Assembly (NCBI RefSeq): GCF_963921235.1
Contig: NC_086118.1
Coordinates: 19,160,001 to 19,224,000, forward strand
Reading direction: 5' to 3'
DNA: 64,000 bases
DNA from: Mobula hypostoma
Taxonomy: Eukaryota
Shown: piece by piece, positions 52,030 through 63,186 of the stretch
Layout of the letters: each line of letters opens with the position of its first letter
Position numbering within the stretch: the stretch's first letter is position 1
Position numbers and translations under genes: made by a program
Notes under the pieces: model-generated
The model's input: the letters and a program-made list of their open reading frames with translations, nothing else
The model's database searches: none
Told to the model about the DNA's origin: nothing

Positions 52030-52260
52030 GCATTGCACAAAAAAAAACACGCTGGAAGAACACAGCGAACTCAGCAAGTCAGGAAGCATCTATGGAGGGG
52101 AATAAACAGTCAAAGGTCAGGTCAAGAACCATCATCAGGACTAGAAAGAGAGGGTGCAGAATCCAGAATAAGGAGGTGAAGGAAAGGGAAGGAGTATAAT
52201 TTGGCAGGTGATAGGTTAAACCAGGTGAGGAGGAAGGTGGGTGGTTGGGGGAGGAAAGTA
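52030..52260 (-). mobile_element. Degenerate Penelope pLTR fragment
   Basis: GAACTCAGCAAGTCAGGAAGCATCTATGGAGG...CATCATCAGGACT. Confidence 0.7.
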
Positions 52261-52378
52261 ACATATAGCTTACAGATATTAATATAAATGTAGCTGAAAG
52301 AGATTTTGGGTTAGACTGCACTGCATCTAGCACAAATATTACATATGTCCCTCGTGAACTGCCTGTAGTGCTCTTTAC

Positions 52379-52572
52379 CATTCACAGCTGTGTAGCTTCC
52401 AGTGATTTGCTGGCTTCCCTGTTCCTGCTGTTAAATAAAGTAGATCCATCAGCAGGGTGTGTCCGCAGATAGCAGAACCTAAAGTCCTGCCTCCAGACCG
52501 TGATGCTGACCCCCTGACGCTTGTGCTGTCAATAACTGGATTTTCTGTCACATAGAAAGAGTTGAAGCCCAC
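52379..52572 (-). CDS. Candidate 194-nt host exon, product unknown
   Basis: TTATTAG| acceptor and TG|GTAAAG donor bound a single open frame (VGFNSFYVTENPVIDSTSVRGSASRSGGRTLGSAICGHTLLMDLLYLTAGTGKPANHWKLHSCE). It is GC-richer than its flanks and not TE-like. No family recognised. Confidence 0.3.
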
Positions 52573-52605
52573 CTAATAATTACAATAAGACTCTTAGTAA
52601 TGCTA

Positions 52606-52831
52606 ACAACAGGAATTCTGCAGATGCTGGAAATTCAAGCAACACACATAAAAGTTGCTGGTGAATGCAGCAGGCCAGGCAGCATCTCTAGGAAGAGGTA
52701 CAGTCAACGTTTCAGGCCGAGACCCTTCATTAGGACTAACTGAAGGAAGAGTGAGCAAGGGATTTGAAAGTTGGAGGGGGAGGGGGAGATCCAAAACGAT
52801 AGGAGAAGACAGGAGGGGGAGGGAAATGCTA
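52606..52831 (-). mobile_element. Penelope pLTR fragment
   Basis: 13-bp TSD CTTAGTAATGCTA (52593-52605, 52832-52844); hammerhead core mutated (CUAAUGA). Confidence 0.82.
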
Positions 52832-53599
52832 CTTAGTAATGCTACAATTTATTTAAATTAATTATATTTTAATATTAATTAACACAACCACTTTGCATTA
52901 GGGCTGCTCTTTATGAATGTAGGTAAAATACATCTAGCCTTAACTAAGACTGACTATAGTTTTGGCTGTGCTGAACTTTATGAAGGTGGGTGAAGAAAAC
53001 ATTGGAATGGTTGAGTCTGTGTGTAACAAAATCATTGGTGGGGGAGTTGAACAGAAGATAGGTTAATATGGAATTGAGATATGTAATATTATGGGGGCAG
53101 AAAGAGATGGGTATGTGACTGAACGTATGTTGTAATGGTAACTCAGCCGAGGGTCAAATAGGTTGACAAGAGTATGGATAATCAGAAAATGGGAAGGAAG
53201 GAGTGGGATCTGAAACATCTTTAATAATATTCTGGACACAATATATGGGAAACACAAACTCTACAGTATTAAAAGGAAAAGGCCCAATATGTAATTATCC
53301 TGCCTTGGAGAAATACTTTTCCAATGTTGTATATAATAAAACAGCAACAGTTTAGTAAAATAAATTGAAAAATAGGTAAATTGGTTTCATTTTGAAACTT
53401 GCACACTGTCAAGTTACACACAAGATAAGTACTAACTGTTATTTCTATAAATTTGGTATTATTTGTTGATAACCTGGCTAAACTAGTCGTAATTTTTTTA
53501 AAAATCCTTAATTATTGTGTTTAATAGTTCTCAGTCTGCTTTGAATGCACCTGACACCTCATTCATTGACTCAGACATTGTACATCATAAAATGTGCAT

Positions 53600-53870
53600 A
53601 TCCACCAATAATCTGAGCCTTCCTTCTCAGGCAGACATATCAATCAACATGTTAATTTGAATTTGACCCAGGCCAGTATTTATCCCTGAGTTGACACCAC
53701 TGAAGTAAGTGATCAGATTATTGTCTGACTGTTGTTTGTGACATACTGTGGTAACCAATTTTGTTGCTGCATTTGTTTATAACATTGCCTACATTTCAGA
53801 AATGCTTCCTGGGCTATGATGTGTTTCAGGATGTCCTAAGGATTTTGAATGAGTGTAGGTTCTGCCTCAT
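53600..53870 (+). mobile_element. Ancient Deu-domain SINE remnant
   Basis: CCAGGCCAGTATTTATCCCT...ACTGTTGTTTGTG...TTGCTGCATTT...GGATGTCCTAAGG resembles the Deu domain and its 3' tail; recognised from memory. Confidence 0.55.
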
Positions 53871-54307
53871 AGTTTTAACTGAGAAAGTGCAAGAACACAT
53901 TCCGATCCACACAACTGGGTGCAGTATTAAGTAGCACAGCAAGTCTGGCACTAGCTGGTAAGCGGTGATATATCTTGCATTCTCTGGTAGCACACTCCTA
54001 AACTGTCTATGTCTCTCCCTATGGCTCTCCTTTTTTCCCATTATTCCCCACACCATTCCATCTACCATCTGGAGAAGCACTTGTACAACATCTTCTGCGA
54101 TCTATGCTCCCAGCTTTTTCTTCCTTATCAACCCAATAAAACATTGCATCCATACAGCAGAGAGAGTTCCTCTAATTTGTTTTGCTCTGCTACTCTTCCT
54201 ATGATACTTTGAAATGTTTCCTTTCATATAGACTCATGGCCAATCATGGTCAATTAAAATAGAAAATGTACATTTTAATGTTGCAACACAATTATGAAAC
54301 ACAGGTA

Positions 54308-54533
54308 AACACAAGGAACTCTGCAGACGCTGGAAATTCAAGCAACACACATCAAAGTTGCTGGTGAACGCAGCAGGCCAGGCAGCATCTCCAGGAATAG
54401 GTACAGTGTACATTTCGGGCCGAGACTCTATGTCAGGACTGACGAAGGGTCTAGGCCCGAAACGTCGACTGTACCTATTCCTGGAGATGCTGCCTGGCCT
54501 GCAGCGTTCACCAGCAACTTTGATGTGTGTTGC
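54308..54533. mobile_element. Palindromic Penelope pLTR-only element
   Basis: Perfect 15-bp TSD TATGAAACACAGGTA (54293-54307, 54534-54548); inverted arms 54342-54436 and 54439-54533. Confidence 0.88.
54434..54471 (+). ncRNA. Minimal hammerhead ribozyme motif; predicted cleavage after 54466
   Basis: CUGACGA (54439-54445), A-GGGU-CUAG-GCCC, GAAA (54459-54462), CGUC, GACUG. The 5' strand of stem I is partly replaced at the inversion junction. Confidence 0.65.
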
Positions 54534-55439
54534 TATGAAACACAGGTAGTGAAGCAATACATCCTTACTACAGGAATGATTCTTTCCTCGAAATCGCATA
54601 AAATAATTAAATGTACTATCGGTGACAGAAAATGGAACTGGACAGATTAATACATTCAACTAGAAACATCTAGTTCTTTTCATTTTTCTTATGAAATGAG
54701 ATTTTTCAGTTTAAGTCAAATTGAATGAATGGAAGACATCCCAGCAAAAGTTTTAAGGCTTGGCCTTAGTTTCCTTTGGTGTCCAAAAGCAGTATTTTGA
54801 GATTCCTTCATTTGAAGGACATTCATTTTTACATCTGACCATTGGACAACACAGAGATACATTAAAGCTGCCATTGGTATTTCACATAGATTCCAAAGTT
54901 CACACATTCTGGTTGAAATTGGACGCACCTAGAGTTATTAGTTCAATCTCACTTTGAATCACCAATGTTAAATTGAATGGCTTTCAAATAAAATGCAAAG
55001 AAGAATTAATTTAATCTGGTCCTGTAAAGTTTGCAAATAAAGCTCTTGAATACGATTCTTAATGATTCATACTGCACATGTTTGGTATTCTGAATTGTAA
55101 GTTTTGATGCAAATGAATAAATTGGAAATGATGATTCATCTAATTATGAATGACCTAAAGACATTTCCTAAAGCACAAATAGAATTTTATAAGTATAAAA
55201 ACATCACCGCTTTCTAACTTCCACGTTTCATATTCCTGAATGTGTCATTTGTTCTGCCCATACTTTTTCAAAGGATGGAATATGCAAGCAGAGGTTGCAG
55301 TAACTAGCATTGATTTTCTTAATTATTGAAGATCATGTGCAATAGATCCAAATCCATAATACAGAGGCATAAATGAGACTAGCATATGTAGCCTAAGTAA
55401 ATAAATTATACAGCTAACTTATGCTTAGGTTAAATATGA

Positions 55440-56003
55440 CAGAGTTCGGAGATCCAGTGTGGTTCCCGTATATCCAGTTCATTTGTTCATTGGTGTGACC
55501 GATGGAAGAGAAGATCCATGGATTCGGTTTGCTGCGCAGACCGGGCCCTCATACTGGCATTGCGGCATTGCCAGGGAAGGAGGTGCCAGAGGTGGCGTGG
55601 GAGAGAACAGAGGCACGGCGGGTGTGCAAGAATCTGTGCTGGCTTGGGGGCTGGCCTCTGTAGGGCAGCTCTCCTGTCTCTGCTGCTCTCCAGTGCTCGT
55701 TCCCCGGAAGGCAGCTGGATTGCCTTTGAGGCTGACCCAGCGCAAGATGAGGAACTCCTGCATGCTTGCTCTTGGAGAACCTTGCCTCCAGGAAAACATC
55801 CCATGTACCACCAAACTCCAGGCCAGGTCACTCAAAGACTTTTGCTCACATTATTTTGTGTCTGTATGTGATATTGTAACTATGTGTGCTATGTGCTGTG
55901 TGTGACAATATGTACTGTGTTTTGAACTTTGACCCTGGAGGAACAAAGTTTCATTTAGCTGGATAATCTGATCAGTTTAATGACAATTAAACTTGAACTT
56001 GAA
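55440..56003 (+). mobile_element. Unclassified non-coding retroposon with an (ACTTGA)n tail
   Basis: GC-rich body, TG-rich 3' region, ending ATTAAACTTGAACTTGAA. Confidence 0.5.
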
Positions 56004-56305
56004 TATTCAGGAGAGTTGGAGGAGATAATTATGAAAGACTATGGGTATTAAACCTGCGTTTTGGAGTAGACCCAGCAAAAGGACATAATAATTTTAATGG
56101 ACCTACTACATTTGCTGTTTTCTTTATGTATGTTACTGCAGGTATGTTCTGGATTCAACACTTCAAAAATCCCCTGAAATGATATGCAGTGTTACGATTT
56201 ACCAAGGATTGGCCCAACCAATCTTTATTGATCCCTTCAGTGATAAATGAACTTAGTATTCTATTCTATTCGCCAGCAGGTCAGTCTAATTCCCTGTGAG
56301 TTATT

Positions 56306-56423
56306 TGAAGGGCCTGAAATGTCGACTGTACTCTTTTCCACGCATGCTGCCTGGCCTGCTGAGTTTCTCCAGCATTTTGTGTGTGTTGCTTTCGATTTCC
56401 AGCATCAGCAGGTTTTCTCTTGT
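56306..56423 (+). mobile_element. Penelope pLTR 3' fragment
   Basis: GAAATGTCGACTGTACTC...GCTGCCTGGCCTGCTGAGTT..TCCAGCATTTTGTGTGTGTTGC...TCTCTTGTT. Confidence 0.78.
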
Positions 56424-56444
56424 TGGCTCATTATTTTATTGTGA

Positions 56445-57215
56445 GATCCTCCGTTGGTCATGGTTGTGCCCGAGCTATCTACGCTGTTGGTGCAGTGCCA
56501 CCTGTGGCTGCTGAGACCAATATGAGAGTGGCAGACTCTCTTGCAAAGCTCACATCTGTAAGTGGCCTCAGCTCTGCTGGTGAGGCAGCGTTCCTTGCTA
56601 TGAGCCCATTTGTCTTCTGCTGTGCTCCGGAATTTTCTTCACCTGACTTAAGGTGATGTTTCAGGATGCTTCTCCATCTGTGCCGCTATCTGCAAGCTCC
56701 TTCCAGGACTCAGTGATGATGTCTAGTGCTTCCACGTCCCACATGCAGACAACCTTGTTGTGCAGCTGTGAGTGGCCAGCGGTTCTCTTACCTGAAGCCA
56801 GCTTACCATGGAGGATGTCTTTTGGGATGCAACCATCCTGCTTGCAGCAGATGTGGCCTAGACGGTGCAGCCTCTGCTGCCTGAGCGGGGTGTACATGTT
56901 AAGGAGGCCAGAATGAGAAAGAACCTCAGCATTGAATACTCTCTCTCTCTCTAGGAGATGCCCAAGATGCGACAAAGGTACTGATGGTGTTGAGCCTTGT
57001 CTCCTGCTTATTGGCAAGGCCTTGCTGCCGTACCAGCAGTGTGCTGGTGACAGACGCATTGTACACAGTCATCCCAGCGTTGCGTGATGAGCCAAGTAAG
57101 AATGGTTGCAGCCTTCCTGATGCGCTTGCCGATTTCTGCATCCAAGGAGAGGTTGTCATTGCTGATGGACCCCAGGTACGTGAAGTGTCGAACAACATCC
57201 AATTTGTCTTTTTCA
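56445..57215 (-). mobile_element. RTE-clade LINE 3' fragment
   Basis: LDVVRHFTYLGS.S...SLDAEIGKRIRKA; QQRL..LGHI....DG.IPKDILHG.LASGKR..G. Confidence 0.85.
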
Positions 57216-59635
57216 GGCTTATGGAACAAATTCCTTGCAGGCCTGGGAGAAGCAATCCATCAAGCTCGGGAGGTGCTGCGGTGTGTGGGTCACAACTGCT
57301 GCAGTATCAGCAAACAGCATGTCACTTCAGTTTTGATTCTTTATTTACTAAGCAGTATATTTATGCATTCAGTCGAAAGAGTTAAAGTGAGCAGGGAAAA
57401 TCACCGAGGAGCACTCTCACCAGTTTCTACACGGCTAAAGTTTAATCCCCTGAATACTAAAATTAGAAACAATAGAATAGCTTACTTGGGAGAAAATGCT
57501 TATTAATTATACAAATTTTCAAAATATATCCAAATTCCCACTATAACTCAGCAGCTTTCTACTGAGGGTCCCACCAAACTTCTGTGGATGGACACGATGA
57601 AGGATGAAGGTTGGTCTCACATTAAATGTGTTGTTTTCTTCATTTTCTCAGCCATCGTTGTTATTTCTTCCTGAGATATCCTGACAGTCCCCCGCTGCTT
57701 TTTAGGTTGGATTTCTAACAGTGTGAAGGAAGTAGCTCTTAGTTGTCATGATAAGCAATCCTCCAATCTTTCTCCATTAGATCCAACCTTAGTTATTTAA
57801 TCTTGCCATTAGTTGCTGCATCAACATTCCTTTGATCATTGAATCACTCCTGCTTTTCACAACACAATGGACAAAGTCGCAGAGTTCTCAAGAACCTGAC
57901 ATTAAGAAAAATATGAGATAAATAAGAAAAGTTTGGTAGAGATCAATAAAAATGTAGGTGCATAACTCCTGCACATGTAAGGGAGGGTTCTGGAGGCACT
58001 CAAGTGTTTCAGTACAGGACTAGAGTGCCATGAATGGAAGAGTCCCTTCAGAGCACTCAGGAGAAGAAACAAGACGTTCAGGAGGTGATGACGATAATGG
58101 AGGATGAAACGTTCCAAGTGATCTTCTTTCTTCCCACTCCCACATGGGTGGGGAGATAAATTGTGCATGATAAATTTTCTTCAGTGTTGGTGAGAGGTAG
58201 AACCTGAATGAAGTTGACAAACAGTTAGGAGAATCAAATAGGATAGTTAACATAGAATTAGTTTAAAGCCAATGGTCGACCTGGACACCACAGGTTGTGT
58301 TTCTTTGCTGTGACTCTGTGACATGTGGATTTTTTTATAGATTCAAGCTTGTCTTACCAATTTATTTAACAAATGCATTTCATTCGCAGCAGTGTTGTTT
58401 CATTGCTTATAGATATGTTTTCTCCTTATCTCTTTCAATCCCTTCTTTCATATTTTCACATTGGTGTTATGTCCTTTTGTTTGGATTTTTTTCCACTTTA
58501 GCCTTGCAATCTTTCCCTCATATTGGCTCTTTCTTCCTATCAATTGCATAGATCTTAATGCTTTATCACTATGAACATTATCTTAAGCTATATCATATTG
58601 ACATTATTAATCCCTAAGTATTCTACTGTGCTTCCTATTCTTGGTTGCTCTGGTTCTTTTCTGGTCATACTGCTTAAATCCTGGCTTAGGAAGGGCTTTC
58701 ACACAACATTATATCTCTACCCTTTATGTATGAGTAGGTGAAATCCCCTAGGATTACAGTTCTGTGTTTTAAACATTTTTATGTACTTGTCTCCGACAAA
58801 AAAAAAACAAGAACCATAAATCCCTGAGCCTCTGACCCCCTACCTTAAACATTCAGTTTCTGGCACCAAAGCAGCATGGCTGAAATGTTGATCATCAACA
58901 AATTGCATAGAGCTAACACAGTAGTGAGTTGGATTTAGAGGAACAAATTTGTAGAGAGATTACAGGCTGTTGCAAGAAACGTAAGATTGTTATAGCAGAT
59001 AATTTTAACTTTCTACAATTAACTGAAACTACCATACTATAAAAAGACTAGATGGGATAGAGCTTGTCAAATGTGTTCAGGAAAGTTTTTTTTTAATCAG
59101 TACTTAGAAGTCCCAACGTGAGAGTGTGCAATTCCTGTTCTCCTATTAAGGAATGAGACAGGGCAGGTGACAGAAGGTTATGTAGGAGATCACTTTGCAT
59201 CTGGTGATCACAATGACATTAGTTTCAAAGTAAATATGAAAAAAAGATAGGTCTGGTCTGCGAGTTGAGTTTCTAAGTTGGAAATAAGCCAATTTTGATG
59301 GTATCGGTGTGATTTGGGGCAGGATGTTTTCTGGCAAAGGTGTACTCGGCAAGTGGGAAGCCTTCAAAAGTGTGATTTTGAGAGAACAAAGCTTGTATGT
59401 GCCTGTTAGAATCAAAGGCAATGATAACAGGTTTAGGAAACGTTCATTTTGAGAGATATTGAGGCCCTAATTAAGAAGAAGGAGTATTACAGGTATAGGC
59501 AGGTAGGAACAAATGAGGTACTTGAGGAGTGTAAGAAATACAACACTGAAGAAGGAAATCAGGAGGGCTAAAAGAAGACATGAGGTTGCACTAGCAGACA
59601 AGGTGAAGGAGAAACCCAAGGGATTCTACAGATAT

Positions 59636-60944
59636 TGTCATAATGTGCACTGGGAGTGGCAGACCCAAAAGCGAGGCACAGACACTGAAGTACAAGGAAC
59701 AGGACTAGACGTGACAAGGAAACAAGGGGAGAGAGGAAGAAAGGACACTAGACATGACACAGGGCCTGGGCTAGGACTTGACTAGGCTAACGGAACCAGG
59801 ACATGGAACTTGGAACTAGGAGCCTGGGCTTGGACTCCAAGCCAGAGACTGGACAAGGACCCGAAACCTGGGTACTGACTCGGGCTCGGACCCCAGATCT
59901 AGGCAAAGACATGATGAGGCTTGGATTCCTCGAGGCATGAGATTACTTCGAGGCTTGGGTTTGGACTCCGAGCAAGAGACTGGGCAAGGACCCAGAACCT
60001 GGGACTTGACTCGGGCTCGGACTCCAGAGCTAGGTGAGGACAAGACGTGGCTACAGGATGAGGAGAGGCAACAGGACTGGACATCAAACTCCTGGACGGG
60101 ATAAGGGAACCCCAGCACAGGATGAGGGAACCCCAGCACCAGGCTGGGCAAGGTACTCCTGGGCTGGGCGAGACACATGGACAAGACGAGAACACAGAGC
60201 CATGGCTTGGACAGGACAAGGTTCTCGGATCATGGCTAGGACTGGACAAGACCCCGAAGCCTTGGTTAGGTCGAGGGGGAGACAGGAACACAGAGCCTTG
60301 GTCGAGGGAGAGACAGGAATGCAGAGCCTTGGTCAAGGGAGAGACAGGAACATGGAACACAGAGCCGGGACCCCTCCTTGGAAACAAGACGTAGGGCCGG
60401 GACTCATTACACAGAATGCAGAATACGACGAGACAGTTCCTAACTCAAGGTAGCGGCAGACATCTGGACCTACCTAGCGAAGACATGGACAAAGACAGTT
60501 CCCAACACCAGGTAGCAGCAAATGGCTGGACCTACCTAGCGAAAGCATGGATACAGACGGTTCTCAACACTAGGTAGTGGTAAACAGCCAGACCTACCTA
60601 GTGAAGGCGGGGATACAGAGACAGTTCAAAACAACAATAGACAGTTCCTTATCTTGCTCCGGCGATTGAACTAGACAGTGGTGCAGGCAGGGCTTCAGGG
60701 GAGGCAAGGCTTCAGACAAGTCGAGGCGAGGCAACAGAAGGCAGGGGAACAGAAGGGATTCAGACGGGGGTATGGACAGGAACAATCCAGCAGTCAGAGT
60801 CTGAATCCTGAAGCTATTTACAAAGCCAGCCCAAACGAGAATCAGCTGTCTCAGCTGAAACTGGGGAAAACCGGAAAACCTGGAATAAGGAACATAGACT
60901 GGACTGTGAACTGGAATGCGGATTTCAGGGACCGGATCATGACA
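59636..60944 (-). mobile_element. 1309-bp solo LTR or non-autonomous LTR element with internal tandem arrays
   Basis: TGTCAT...ATGACA termini; 5-bp TSD GATAT (59631-59635, 60945-60949); it splits CR1 GFYRY/IK. Orientation is tentative. Confidence 0.85.
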
Positions 60945-61423
60945 GATATATTAAAAGAAAAAGAATAGCAAGGGTCAAAATTGGTCCTTTTGAAGATCAG
61001 AGTAGTCATCAATGCATGGAGCCGAAAGGGATGGGAAAGATCTGAAATTAAATTTTGTATCTGTGCCTTGGGAGACTGTAGAAGTGAGGCAAAACAGCAT
61101 TGAGTTCATGGACTATATATAGATAATGGGAGGAGAAGGTACTTTTGCCTTGAGGCAAATTAAGGTAGATAAATCTCCACGTCCAGGCAAGAGGCTTCTC
61201 AGATCTTGTGAAAGGCTAGCATAGAAATTGCAAGGGCGCTAGCGGAGGTGTTTAAAATATCTTTAGCCATGGGTGAATTGCCGGAGGATTGGAGGATAGC
61301 TGATGTTTTTCTGTTTTTTAAGAAAGGCTCTTGGAATAAACCAAGAAATTATAGGCTGGTGAGCTTGACGTCAGTTTTGGGTAAGTTATTGGAAGGTATT
61401 CTAAAGGATCAGATATACAAGCA

Positions 61424-61543
61424 CAAAATAATCTGCACATGCTGGGGTCAAAGCAACACTCACAACACACTGGAGGAACTCAGCAGGTCGGGCAGCATCT
61501 GTGGAAAAGATCGGTGGATGTTTCGGGCCGCGTTTGGAGTGTT
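61424..61543 (-). mobile_element. Penelope pLTR fragment nested in CR1
   Basis: 13-bp TSD AGATATACAAGCA (61411-61423, 61544-61556). Confidence 0.82.
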
Positions 61544-62152
61544 AGATATACAAGCATTTGGATAGACAGTGATTGATTAAGGAATATCATCAAGGCTTTG
61601 TGTGTGACAGCTTGTGTCTAACTAATCTTATAGAGATTTCTGAGGAGGTTACCAGAAAACTTGATGAAGGAAAGTCGGCGGATGTTGTCTACGTGGACTT
61701 TAGCAAGGCCTTTGTCAAAGTCCTGAATAAGAGGTTAGTCAAGAAGTTTCAGTCGCTTGGCCCTCAGAGTGAGATATATTGGCTACATGGAAGAAACCAC
61801 AGGATGATAATAGATGTTTGCCTCTCAGAATGGAAGTCTGTGACTAGTGGTGTGCTACAAGAATCAGTGCTGGGTCCATTTCTGTTTATCATCTATATTA
61901 ATGGTCTGGATGATAACATAGTAAATTGGGTCAGAAAATTTATGGATGACAGCAACAATTGGGGTTGTAAGGATAGCAAGGAAGGCTATCAAAGTTTACA
62001 GTGTGATCTGGACCAGCTGGAGAAATGGGCTAAAAAATGGCAGAGGGAACTTAATACAGACAATTGTGAGGTGTTGCACTTTGGGAGGACCAACAAGGGT
62101 AAGGCTTACACTATGAGTGGTAAGGCACAGCAGAATATGGTAGAACAGAGGG

Positions 62153-62272
62153 AAACAAGAGAAAATCTGCAGATGCTAGAAATCCAAGCAATGCACATAA
62201 AATGCTGAAGGAACTCAGCAGGCCCAGCAGCATCTTTGGAAAAGAGTACAGTCAACATTTCAGGCCAAGACC
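62153..62272 (-). mobile_element. Penelope pLTR fragment nested in CR1
   Basis: AAACAAGAGAAAATCTGCAGATGCT...CAGTCAACATTTCAGGCCAAGACCC; no clear TSD. Confidence 0.72.
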
Positions 62273-63186
62273 CTTGGAATCCGTACTCATAATTCCTTGA
62301 AAGTGGTGTCAGAGGCAGATAGGGTCGTAAGGTGTGCTTTTAGGATATTGGCTTTCATAAATCAAAGTACAGGAGTTGGGATGTTATGTTGAGGTTGTAT
62401 AAGATGTTGATGAGGCCTAATTTGGAGTATTGAGTCCAGTTTTGGTCACTAACCTACACAAAAGAATCAATAAGATTGGAAGAGTACAGAGAAAATTTAT
62501 CAGACTGTTGCCAGGACTTGTGGACCTGAGTTATTAGGAAAAGTAGAATAGGTTAGGATTTTATTCCTTAAAATGTAGGAGAATGAAGGGAGATTTGATG
62601 GAGGTATACACAATTAAGAGGGGTGAAGATGAGGTAAATACAAACAGGCTTTTTTCATTGAGGTTGGATGAGACTAGAACTGGAGATCATGGGTTAAGGG
62701 TGAAAGGTGCAACATTGAAGGGGACCATGAGAGGGAACTTATTCACTCAGAGTACGTTGAGAGTGTGGAATGAGCTGCCAATTGAAGTGATGGATGCAGC
62801 TTCAATTTCAACATTTAAGAGAAATTTGGATAGGTACATGGTTGAGAGGGGTATGGAGGGCTATGGCCTAGGGGCAGGTCAATGGGACTATGTAAAATAA
62901 CAGTTCAGCATGGACTGGATAGTCTAAAGAGCGCTTTCTGTGCTGTAGTGTTCTATGAAACTAAAAGTCATTTCTTATCATCTGTCAGACGCATACGCCT
63001 TACATTGTGGAAAGACAAAGTCAGCCGACTTTTTCCAAGTCTAACATCTTGAAGGCAACATATGGGTTTAGAAATATACTGCCAATTCATTGAGCCAAGA
63101 CTCTGGAACACACAAACTAAAACACTATGGGTATATTTTCATCATCAAGAATATAAAATGGATTGAAGACATCTTTCCATCACCAG

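Larger units (their letters stand above)
58900..62957 (+). mobile_element. Degenerate 5'-truncated CR1 ORF2 with a nested LTR and two pLTR fragments
   Basis: KKEIRRAKRRHE..LADKVKE.PKGFYRY, PEDWRIADV..FFKKG...PRNYRLVSLTSV.GKLLE, YVDFSKAF, SVLGPFLF, GDL.EVY; tail TGTAGTGTTCTATG. Confidence 0.88.

Noticed and set aside
54586..54659. Possible - strand exon LNVLICPVPFSVTDSTFNYFMRFRGKNHSC (extends to about 54569)
   Set aside because: Its end phase is incompatible with the 52572 candidate exon, and no homology was recognised.
55459..55905. Four overlapping 114-148 aa ORFs
   Set aside because: They lie in the GC-rich body of a retroposon with a repeat tail; ORFs in several frames point to composition rather than coding.
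56142..56279. Pyrimidine-rich acceptor and CAG|GTCAGT donor on +
   Set aside because: All three frames contain stop codons.
59816..60968. Repetitive ORFs, or a CRISPR-like repeat array
   Set aside because: These are tandem units without unique spacers inside an LTR element, in a eukaryotic context with no cas genes.
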